Below are positions 9,883-18,544 of a stretch of DNA of 64,000 bases, piece by piece. The notes beneath the pieces were generated by a model. That model was given only the letters and a program-made list of their open reading frames with translations, was not told the origin of the DNA and ran no database searches. The stretch lies in sequence record SRR22947725_3552; one strand, given 5' to 3'. The stretch's first letter is position 1, and each line of letters opens with the position of its first letter. The translations under genes were made by a program, and so were the position numbers.

Positions 9883-11043
9883 TTAAATTTCCAACACTTT
9901 TTCGAAAGAGGTCAGGACTCGAGCTTTACCTGATCGCACCACGATCACATCTTCCAGCCTGACTCCTCCCACATCATAATAATACAAACCGGGTTCCACC
10001 GTCATGACATTTCCTGATTTGAGAGTGTCCGTTGAAGTCTTACCCATTCTTGGCCATTCATGAATCTCCAGCCCAAGACCATGGCCGGTACCATGGTAAA
10101 AACCGGACATTTGCCCATTGATTCGTTTGGTTGGAAAATCATGTTTTCTGAACACACCTTCAACTGCCTCGTGAACGCCCAGCCCCGAAACGCCGTCTTT
10201 GGTGATATTGATGGCATGCTGCTGAGCTTCCTGAACGGCTGCATATTGCTTTTTCACACCATCACTCGCCTTACCTCTGACAACGGTTCGGGTCATGTCA
10301 CCGAAAAAACCAGTACTCTCACTTCGGGGGAAAATATCCAGTATGATGGCTTGGTGCGCCTTGAGAATCCCTGATCCTCTGTTATGTGGGTCGCAAGCCT
10401 GATTCCCACCCGCAACAATTGTATTGCTGGCAAGGCCTCCTTCCTGACAAATAGCCGTATGAATGACTGCGCGTAATTTTTCTGAACTAAGAGGTTTGCC
10501 TTGAAAAGTGAGGATTTTCTTCTGATTGATTTTGGATTGCTTGAGCGTACGGACTGCAACTTGCAATCCAATCTCGGTCATGCGAAGTGCTTCTTGAAGG
10601 TGTCGGATTTCCCTGGGAGTTTTGATCAATCGTTCAGGAAAAACTTCGCTTGGATTTAATACCGTTTCCGGGGAATATTTCCCTATCAGAAGTGCCATTT
10701 GCAGAGGAAAAGCTTCAGGCACTTGTATGGATTTAATGCGATACTTCTTGAGCATCCAGGCGGCGACCTCACCCCAGCCTGGGTGTTTCACTCCCTGCCT
10801 TTGAAGGGCTGATTGAATCTTTGAAAGTGACAAGATTTCGCAATGCGGTGCTTCCTTTTTAGCTCGATCGAATTCAAGGTCGCTCATGCACAAATACTCC
10901 CTGCCCTTTCGGCGCAGGTAAATAAATGGGTCCGGGGCAAACATGCCAGTCGCATAAAGCATGTCTGCATTGTGATCACTGTCCGCAATGATCAATACAT
11001 CCGGCGAAACGTTTTTTTTGGGTTTGGATTTTTTGGCTGCCAT
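9883..11043 (-). CDS. Xaa-Pro aminopeptidase/dipeptidase (M24B)
   Basis: [33 protein letters not shown]. Start set at ATG 11043, just after the sppA stop. Confidence 0.92.
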   Translation of the reverse strand: MAAKKSKPKKNVSPDVLIIADSDHNADMLYATGMFAPDPFIYLRRKGREYLCMSDLEFDRAKKEAPHCEILSLSKIQSALQRQGVKHPGWGEVAAWMLKKYRIKSIQVPEAFPLQMALLIGKYSPETVLNPSEVFPERLIKTPREIRHLQEALRMTEIGLQVAVRTLKQSKINQKKILTFQGKPLSSEKLRAVIHTAICQEGGLASNTIVAGGNQACDPHNRGSGILKAHQAIILDIFPRSESTGFFGDMTRTVVRGKASDGVKKQYAAVQEAQQHAINITKDGVSGLGVHEAVEGVFRKHDFPTKRINGQMSGFYHGTGHGLGLEIHEWPRMGKTSTDTLKSGNVMTVEPGLYYYDVGGVRLEDVIVVRSGKARVLTSFEKVLEI

Positions 11044-11059
11044 GGAAGTCTGTTCTGAG

Positions 11060-12175
11060 TTATTGGATAAAAGTTGGAGAAAGTAAATACAAGCGCCCGG
11101 CCTCCAACCGGGGGATATCAAGACCTATGTCGACTTTCACCTTATTTTCTGCATTTGTTTTGCCCATAAACCGAAAGAATGAAGACAAAGAAAACGGTTT
11201 TTCATAGGCAATCAAATTTGCAGTTTCGATACCAGCAAGGGATTTGGCCCGATCAACAGCTACTTCAAAACTGCCTAGTTCGTCCACAAACCCCAGCTCA
11301 TAAGCTTGGGTTCCCGACAGTATACGACCGTCAGCAAAATCCTGCCAAGCTGGGGAAAGGGCGCGACCTTCATCCCCGTCTTGATCTTGAGACCAGTTTC
11401 TTCCCTTGAGGATCACTTCCTTGAATCGCTGAAAAGTTGAATCAACCATACCCTGCACCATCGCTTTTTCTTCATCGGAAACTTCTTGAGGGCGCTTTTC
11501 ACCACTCAGCATATCCTTGAATCTCCCACTTTTGAAAACGTTGGGTTGAACCCCGACCTTGTCCATCAATGCGCGGTAGTTATAACCGTGCATGATCACG
11601 CCGATACTTCCCGTAATGGTCAAGGGGTGCGCCACAACCCAACGACATGGGGCCGAAATATAGTAACCACCTGAAGCAGCCATCCCCGCCATCGAGGCGA
11701 TCACGGGTTTTCCGGTAGATTCCTGAAAGGACTGTATTCTCTCGTAAATTTGGTCAGACGCCAACACCTCCCCACCAGGTGAATCTACTTTCAGGATGAC
11801 CGCCTTGATCGCATAATCATCCTTCGCCTGCTTGAGCTGTTCCTCGATCCATCTGACCATGCTCATACCACTGCGATCCAGAGTCAGGTTGGATATAATT
11901 CCTGATACGTCAGCTATCAGGATTTTGTTTTCAGAATCGTTATTTTCAGTTACGGCTTCGTCCATTGCCGGCCGTAACCCAGAGCCCACTCCAGCTCCAG
12001 AGGATGATTCCAGATAGTAGCCTAAATTACTCAACATGCTGAGGAAGAGCAAACCAAACAAGAACAATACAACCAACCACAGGCCAAACCTGCGACGCGG
12101 CGGCGGATAATATCCACTCGGAGGAATAGGGCCACCCGGTGGTTTCCCTCCAATCGGAGAAGTATAAGAATTCAT
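11060..12175 (-). CDS. sppA: Signal peptide peptidase SppA (S49), short form
   Basis: VDSPGG, AASGGYY, TGSIGV, KSGRFKD, ADGRI...A..LGFVDELG. Confidence 0.93.
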   Translation of the reverse strand: MNSYTSPIGGKPPGGPIPPSGYYPPPRRRFGLWLVVLFLFGLLFLSMLSNLGYYLESSSGAGVGSGLRPAMDEAVTENNDSENKILIADVSGIISNLTLDRSGMSMVRWIEEQLKQAKDDYAIKAVILKVDSPGGEVLASDQIYERIQSFQESTGKPVIASMAGMAASGGYYISAPCRWVVAHPLTITGSIGVIMHGYNYRALMDKVGVQPNVFKSGRFKDMLSGEKRPQEVSDEEKAMVQGMVDSTFQRFKEVILKGRNWSQDQDGDEGRALSPAWQDFADGRILSGTQAYELGFVDELGSFEVAVDRAKSLAGIETANLIAYEKPFSLSSFFRFMGKTNAENKVKVDIGLDIPRLEAGRLYLLSPTFIQ

Positions 12176-12443
12176 AAGGGAAAGCTAGACACGATTATCA
12201 ATGGGAGCAAGCGGTATTGAGCGATGACCACGATCTGCGACAAGGTCGAAAAATACGATCAGGTTGCTGACAGATATTTCTTTTACAAGGAAACGAATGA
12301 ACCCTTCGAATGGAACATACAACCCTTCAAGGAAATTGCCAACCACCCAGCAAATTCAATCACCACTCCAAATTATTCACATGGGGCCAAAACATCCGCC
12401 ACTTTACAGTGTCGTCAACGTTTGTGCCTAAGCTTGGGTCTTT

Positions 12444-13394
12444 TTATGTTTTACGCCTGGCCTTGGAAGCCTTCTTGATGGATTTTTTCCGGGAAGTTTT
12501 TTTTGATTTGGCAGGGCCACGGCCTTGGAATGTCAACTCGGCTACACCTGATTTATCCAGGTGCCCAAGACCAATGGATTCCAATTTCGAATATTGCCCC
12601 ATGGTAGCCTCAGCAAGAGGAAGCTTTAATTTGGCTGATCTCCCAAGTTTCAAGGCAATCCCTGAATCCTTGGCTGCGTGTGATGCCGAAAAATAGCAAT
12701 CGTGATCACGCTTTTGCATGTCTTCACCATCCGTCTCAAGCACGCGGGAATTGGCTCCCGTTTGCGAGAAGATCTCGCGAAGCATATCCAAATCGTGCCC
12801 CAATGCTTCCCCAAGCCCTAATCCTTCAGCCAATCCAGCGGTGTTAATGTTCATCACCATGTTGACCAGAGCTTTGACCTCTGCTGCTTTTCCAGCAGGA
12901 CCAACATAGCGCATGCTTGCGCTCAGTTTTTCCAACAGAGGCTTAACGCGCTGATAGGTTCGCTTCTCGCCGCCGCACATGAGGTAAAGTGTTCCCTCTC
13001 GTGCTTGCGTGATACTGGAGGCCATGCATGCTTCCAATGATTTGGCACCAGCTTTTTTTGCTCGCTCTTCCACTTTGATGTGCGTGGAGGGACTGACGGT
13101 TGCACAATTGATGAATATCCGCCCTTTAGCATTTTTGAGCAGACTATTGCCCGTCGCTTTAAATAACTGATTCATGGATGCATCATCAGAAACAACGGTA
13201 ATGATGACATCGGAATTAGCAGTGACTTCATCAAGCCTTTTACAATGCAAAACATTAAGTGAACCAGCAGCAGCCGCTGCTACTTCCTCGTTGACATCAA
13301 AAACAGCTGATAAATTATAGCCACAATCTTTGAGTCGCAGGGCCATGTTTGCTCCCATGCGACCCAATCCGACAAATCCAATTCTCTTAGACAT
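12444..13394 (-). CDS. NAD(P)-dependent oxidoreductase, 3-hydroxyisobutyrate dehydrogenase-like
   Basis: IGFVGLGRMGANMA Rossmann motif, KALVN catalytic Lys region, KDSGIA. Start set at ATG 13394. Confidence 0.88.
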   Translation of the reverse strand: MSKRIGFVGLGRMGANMALRLKDCGYNLSAVFDVNEEVAAAAAGSLNVLHCKRLDEVTANSDVIITVVSDDASMNQLFKATGNSLLKNAKGRIFINCATVSPSTHIKVEERAKKAGAKSLEACMASSITQAREGTLYLMCGGEKRTYQRVKPLLEKLSASMRYVGPAGKAAEVKALVNMVMNINTAGLAEGLGLGEALGHDLDMLREIFSQTGANSRVLETDGEDMQKRDHDCYFSASHAAKDSGIALKLGRSAKLKLPLAEATMGQYSKLESIGLGHLDKSGVAELTFQGRGPAKSKKTSRKKSIKKASKARRKT

Positions 13395-13970
13395 ATTTTT
13401 CTGAGATACGTTGTTTGAACCGTTCTGCAAACTCCGAAAGCATGAGAGGGGAAAAGTTTGAAGATTAAACAAACAACCCTGTCTCCCCTTTATGATTTAT
13501 GGAGGAAAGTACTTAGCTGCATAATAAGGCCATGTCATCTCTAATGCCAAGAACGGAAATATGCGGTAACGACGCAAGTCGACTTGATTACGATGGAACG
13601 ATCATCCAAGATTCTTATGGTAAAATGGTCATGGCAATACAAGGCAACGGAAACTTTTTTACAGATATACAGATACAGTCCAATACTGAAAACAGTTCCA
13701 TAAAGCCGTTGAAAACGACACATGGGGTATAAAATGATTGACAATAAACAAACTGTAGTTATCAATGGTTCACCCTCGGCTCAAGCAGGACACTTTCCCA
13801 TGTACGTATCCAGCTTCAAAAGATCCTGAATTATCATGTAACCTTTCGAATCAAGACATTGAAATTTAAATAGAGGGAGCAAATGATTTCTAACTTATTT
13901 AAGCTCATTTGCTACCCCTGACGCTGCGGGCGGGTAAAGAACGGAAGGGGTAGAAACAATCCAAACTATC

Positions 13971-15134
13971 ATGAATATGAGTAAACTAAACCTGATATGG
14001 ACGGGACTGTCGGCACTGGTAGCTGCTTGCGCTATTTCCTGCGCCACAAGTCCATTTCAATCATCAACATCAAATCATCATCCAAACGTGGAAAAATCAC
14101 AATTCGGAACCACCCCTGAAGGGGAACAGGTAGAACTCTACACCCTACACAACAAGAATGGCCTTGTTGCAAAAATATCAACTTTTGGTGCCTTGCTCAC
14201 GGAAATGCACGTCCCAGACAAAAATGGAAAGCTGGGAGATATCACTCTTGGTTTTGATCATCTGGAAGATTACCTGAATGGACACCCTTATTTTGGTTCC
14301 ACCGCAGGTCGTTATGCAAACCGGATTGCCCAGGGCAAGTTCACTTTGGATGGGGCAGATTATCAATTGGCAACAAACAATGATCCGAATCATCTTCATG
14401 GCGGCGACAAAGGTTTTGATAAGCGTGTATGGGATGCTCGCCCTCTTGATACCGTAAATGGCGCGTCCGTCGAGTTCAGCTACATCAGCAAGGACGGCGA
14501 AGAAGGTTATCCGGGCAACCTCAAAAGCGTGGTGGTTTACACCTTGACCGACGAAAATGAGCTGATTGTTGACTACAAAGCCACCACAGACAAAGCCACC
14601 CCTATCAACCTAACCAACCATGCCTATTGGAATTTGGCAGGTGAAGGCAAAGGCGACATTCTTGGACATGAGTTGGAAATCGTTGCTGACTTTTTTACAC
14701 CTGTGGATGACACGATGATCACCACAGGGGAAATTCGTTCATTGGACGACTCCCCTCTGGATTTCCGAACACCCACTTCAATCGGTGCCAGGATCGAACA
14801 AATGACGGGGGATCCTGGGGGATATGACCACAACTATGTGCTGCGAAAATCTGCTACCGGCGCATTGGAGACGGCCGCCCGTGTATTTGAACCTACGAGT
14901 GGACGTGTTCTGGAAATCATGACCACAGAACCCGGCATACAATTCTATTCGGGCAATTTTCTGGACAGCACACTCACTGGTAAATCGGGAGGTGTTTACC
15001 ACAAGCAAAACGGCTTTTGCCTGGAAACCCAGCACTTTCCAGATTCCCCCAACAAGCCACATTTCCCAAGTGCCATTTTAAGACCGGGAAATACCTACAC
15101 ACACCAGACCGTTCATCGATTTTCGGTCAGATAA
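13971..15134 (+). CDS. galM: Aldose 1-epimerase (galactose mutarotase) with signal peptide
   Basis: GRYANRI, HLHGG, GEEGYPG, NLTNHAYWNL, GYDHNY, PGIQFYSGNFL, CLETQHFPDSPN. Confidence 0.95.
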   Translation: MNMSKLNLIWTGLSALVAACAISCATSPFQSSTSNHHPNVEKSQFGTTPEGEQVELYTLHNKNGLVAKISTFGALLTEMHVPDKNGKLGDITLGFDHLEDYLNGHPYFGSTAGRYANRIAQGKFTLDGADYQLATNNDPNHLHGGDKGFDKRVWDARPLDTVNGASVEFSYISKDGEEGYPGNLKSVVVYTLTDENELIVDYKATTDKATPINLTNHAYWNLAGEGKGDILGHELEIVADFFTPVDDTMITTGEIRSLDDSPLDFRTPTSIGARIEQMTGDPGGYDHNYVLRKSATGALETAARVFEPTSGRVLEIMTTEPGIQFYSGNFLDSTLTGKSGGVYHKQNGFCLETQHFPDSPNKPHFPSAILRPGNTYTHQTVHRFSVR

Positions 15135-15153
15135 CTTGAGCATCCTTTTTCTC

Positions 15154-15191
15154 AAACGCCGGGAGCCAATGCATGGGTCCCGGCGTTTTTT
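15154..15191 (+). terminator. Rho-independent terminator after galM, possibly bidirectional
   Basis: 11-bp perfect inverted repeat AAACGCCGGGA / TCCCGGCGTTT running into a T tract, 20 bp after the galM stop and between convergent genes. Confidence 0.8.
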
Positions 15192-15252
15192 GACAGCGAT
15201 CAGGCTGAACATGAAATGACCCGAGAAAACAGATGTCTCCTCTCGGGTTGCT

Positions 15253-16413
15253 TCAAGAAATCTCTCGAGTGGAAACCCATTGCTCATAACAATCCAGTTC
15301 TTGATTCAAAGCTGTTTCTAATGGATAGGTGTTGGGCAAGGGAACGGGCGATTGAGGGTCTAAAAGCACTTGAATCGATTCCGCCCAAGACCGTGCATTC
15401 CCGTTCATGGCAAGAAGCCCTTGCGGATACATCTCCCCCAGGATTTCTCCTACTCCACCATGATCCAAACCGGCACATCGCACTCCCATACTGAGAGCCT
15501 CCAACATAGTACGACCGAAAGATTCCGGCTTGCGCGACAAGGATAAAACAAGATCTGAGGCAGCATATACCTCCCTCATGTCGGATCGATGCCCGCCCCA
15601 AAGAATGGTATCCTTCAGTCCTTTACGATCTATTTTTGACTGAATCTCGTCAACGTATGCATTTTGCTTAGTATCCCACCCACCAACAATTATCCCAACC
15701 ACGTTTGGTATTTTCGATCGTAAGCTTCCCATCAAATCAACAAATTCTAAATGCCCTTTTCGTCTGCTAATCCTACCTGGGAGTAATAGTGTTTTGGAAT
15801 TTTTGAGCTCTGGAAAGTCTTTGTGCCATTGGGATGTCCATGCAAGGTCTGGCTTGTAGTCACGTGGAAATGCCCCGTCATCGACGCCTCGATAGATAAG
15901 TTCAATTTGCTTTTTATCGACCCTTGGATAATTCTTCAACACATATGCTTGCGCGGTTTTTGAAACGACAATCACTCGCTCCCCCCGAGTCATGATACGG
16001 CTGTAAGCGTTGACAGAATTCAAACCGTGCACGGTTGTCACGAAAACAGGGCGTGAAATTACCGGCATCATCCGCCATGCTAGGTATGCAACCCAAGCGG
16101 GCATCCTCGAACGAGCGTGAAGAATATCGATTCGATGTTCCCGACAAAACTCCATGAGCCTTGGAAGCCACCGTAAGGTCCATGGATATTTACCTCCTAT
16201 ACTCCAATCCAGATGCTGTCCACCATCCTTTGTCAACTCATCGACCAATCTCCCCTTGCGAGAAATCACCCAGGAATTCCAGCCTCGCTCGACAGCTGAT
16301 TTTGAAATTTCCAGGGTTCCCCGCTCAACGCCTCCAGAATTCAGCTCGGGAAGAATCTGAACGATTGAAAGAGATCTATCTGACATCTTCTTTTGCATGC
16401 TGATTTCGCTCAT
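15253..16413 (-). CDS. Glycosyltransferase family 4
   Basis: LPELNSGGVERG, HARSRMPAW, LLPGRISRRKG, PESFGRTMLEA. Start at 16413 gives a TAATG overlap with the upstream gene; 16398 and 16386 are alternatives. Confidence 0.9.
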   Translation of the reverse strand: MSEISMQKKMSDRSLSIVQILPELNSGGVERGTLEISKSAVERGWNSWVISRKGRLVDELTKDGGQHLDWSIGGKYPWTLRWLPRLMEFCREHRIDILHARSRMPAWVAYLAWRMMPVISRPVFVTTVHGLNSVNAYSRIMTRGERVIVVSKTAQAYVLKNYPRVDKKQIELIYRGVDDGAFPRDYKPDLAWTSQWHKDFPELKNSKTLLLPGRISRRKGHLEFVDLMGSLRSKIPNVVGIIVGGWDTKQNAYVDEIQSKIDRKGLKDTILWGGHRSDMREVYAASDLVLSLSRKPESFGRTMLEALSMGVRCAGLDHGGVGEILGEMYPQGLLAMNGNARSWAESIQVLLDPQSPVPLPNTYPLETALNQELDCYEQWVSTREIS

Positions 16414-17369
16414 TAAAGATGAGGATGTACCTGAAGCTTCGCAAACCATTGGGCTGTGATCCAGTCGGCCACTCTTTCTGCTTCAGCTAAAGGTACGGAG
16501 GGAGGAGGCAACGGTTGCTTGGAATTCCAATCGGAAAATGTGGTGACCATTTTTGTTTGAATGAGCTCATCCAATCCATTGCGCAGTTTTCCACTGGTTG
16601 TCCATGGAACATTCAAAACGCCTGTCGAAGCACCTGATGTAATCGATTCGTAGAGCATGGAGACACTGTCGCTGGTTGCCCATACTTGTTTAGAGCAGGC
16701 CAACTTCTCAGCAACCCAGCCTGATTGAGTTTCTGACACAGGTGTGACAGTCAGATTGGCAGCATGACATTTATCTGCGAGGCGCTTCAAGAATGACGGT
16801 GGAGTACGCCTTGAAGTTGTTAGAATCCATTGCATCGAGGGGGATGATTTCAATATTCTGTCAATCTGCTCGACAACCAGCTCATCCGACCAATCCACAT
16901 GTCGGCATGGCCCTCCTATCAAAACCAAACCTTGACTAAGCTTCTGCTGTCCAGACGCCGTAATGGCATTAAGGACACCTCGAACCTGCATTACATTGGA
17001 ACGCAATTTCACTTGATCATGCTGTGGAACCACACAGAGATCAAACCAGCTCAAGGGCAAGCTTGGCCTCATGAGTACGACGGACTTGCCGCCGCGCTGC
17101 CTTTGAGCCCTCAGAACCATGGAATGAGTGCGATGGCCTGCCCCAATGATCAGATGAGGCTGGGGCAGTTTTTTCACCTCTGCCTTCCAGTCTTTTCGCC
17201 ATTTCCATCGTTGAATCAAACTTGGGGGAATCTCCCATTCATGAATGAGGCAACTCACTCGCTTTTTAATGGCTTCAACCAAACCGAGGGATTGGTTTTG
17301 ATGTCCAGGCTTGCCATCAGTAAACCGCCAGATGTGAAGTGGTTTTTCCTGTTTCATCAATGACGACAA
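16413..17369 (-). CDS. ELM1/GtrOC1 (DUF1022) family nucleoside-diphosphate-sugar-related protein
   Basis: DGKPGHQNQSLGL, IIGAG, FDLCVVPQHD, LIGG, TSRRTP, TSDSVSMLYE. Confidence 0.88.
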   Translation of the reverse strand: MSSLMKQEKPLHIWRFTDGKPGHQNQSLGLVEAIKKRVSCLIHEWEIPPSLIQRWKWRKDWKAEVKKLPQPHLIIGAGHRTHSMVLRAQRQRGGKSVVLMRPSLPLSWFDLCVVPQHDQVKLRSNVMQVRGVLNAITASGQQKLSQGLVLIGGPCRHVDWSDELVVEQIDRILKSSPSMQWILTTSRRTPPSFLKRLADKCHAANLTVTPVSETQSGWVAEKLACSKQVWATSDSVSMLYESITSGASTGVLNVPWTTSGKLRNGLDELIQTKMVTTFSDWNSKQPLPPPSVPLAEAERVADWITAQWFAKLQVHPHL

Positions 17370-17388
17370 GCCTTAGCTTGGATGGGCG

Positions 17389-18429
17389 TTATGACTTGCA
17401 AAGGTTTTGGAGTTTGTCCCAAGCCTGACCGGATTTCAGTAAATCAGTAGCAAGATCCCATCCACTCACCATTGAATTGGCACGACCTGCGACAAAGAGT
17501 GCAGCAGCAGTGTTCAGTAAGACCGCATCCAATTTAGGCCCTTTCAGGTTGCCTTGAAGCAGCTTACGAATGATGCTCGCATTTTCACTCGCATCACCGC
17601 CAGCTAAATCATGAATGGAGGCCTCTGCAATTGGAAACGATTCAGGCGATGTCGTCGATTCATGAAATCCACGGTCTTGATAAAATTCAGCAACATGGTT
17701 TAAACCGACAGTGGAAAACTCATCGAGAAAACCACCATCACCTACTTCTCCTGAGACAACCATTCCTCGGGTCACTCCAATTGACTGGAGTACTTTGCCA
17801 ATCTTGCCACAAATTTCAGGCTTGGGAACTCCGATCAACTGTGCGCTGGGTTTTAATGGATTCAATAGAGGACCAAGAAAGTTAAAAATGGTTCGTTGTC
17901 CTTCCGCAGCACAAAGTTTGCGTGCGGGTACGATGTGCTTGAATGCTGGATGATAATGGGGAGCAAACAGGAAGACAAAACCATGTTCCTTCAGTGAATC
18001 GACTGCTTCATCTGGCGGTAAATCAACAGGAATTCCAAGGGCTTCGAGCACGTCTGCACTGCCGGACTTCGAAGTGACTGCGCGATTCCCATGTTTGGCC
18101 ACACAAACGCCGGCTGCTGCAGCCAGAAGTGCGACGGTGGTCGAAATATTGAAAGTATTCTGATGGTCACCACCCGTGCCGCAGACATCCAGAATGGCAG
18201 ATTCACGCATGGAGGGATCCAGGGTTGGCTTGACCGCTTTGTCGCGCAATAAAGAGGCAAATCCTGCAATTTCTTCGACCGTTTCTCCCTTGCGGGCAAG
18301 AGACGCCAGAAAGGAAGCCTTCACTTCAACTGACTCCTCATCAGAAACCAATGCGTCAATCGCAAGTTTTATCTCACGTGGATCCAGGTCTTTTCCCTGT
18401 TCTAATGACTTTACGAGGTCGCTCAACAT
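17389..18429 (-). CDS. trpD: Anthranilate phosphoribosyltransferase
   Basis: DVCGTGGD, TFNISTT, KHGNRAVTSKSGSAD, RTIFNFLGPLLNP. Confidence 0.96.
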   Translation of the reverse strand: MLSDLVKSLEQGKDLDPREIKLAIDALVSDEESVEVKASFLASLARKGETVEEIAGFASLLRDKAVKPTLDPSMRESAILDVCGTGGDHQNTFNISTTVALLAAAAGVCVAKHGNRAVTSKSGSADVLEALGIPVDLPPDEAVDSLKEHGFVFLFAPHYHPAFKHIVPARKLCAAEGQRTIFNFLGPLLNPLKPSAQLIGVPKPEICGKIGKVLQSIGVTRGMVVSGEVGDGGFLDEFSTVGLNHVAEFYQDRGFHESTTSPESFPIAEASIHDLAGGDASENASIIRKLLQGNLKGPKLDAVLLNTAAALFVAGRANSMVSGWDLATDLLKSGQAWDKLQNLCKS

Positions 18430-18544
18430 AAGGAAACTATAATGATTGAAGGTCAGGATCAAAGAAGGAAATCGTGCATGGTGGTGTTAATGGATCAAGG
18501 ACCAGACATTGCAGATCATCGACGTAAACATTATAGTGAGCATC

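Noticed and set aside
12224..12478. 84-aa ORF and short AACCCTTC repeat between sppA and the oxidoreductase
   Set aside because: No family signal, it overlaps the neighbouring gene's end, and a two-copy 8-mer is expected by chance.
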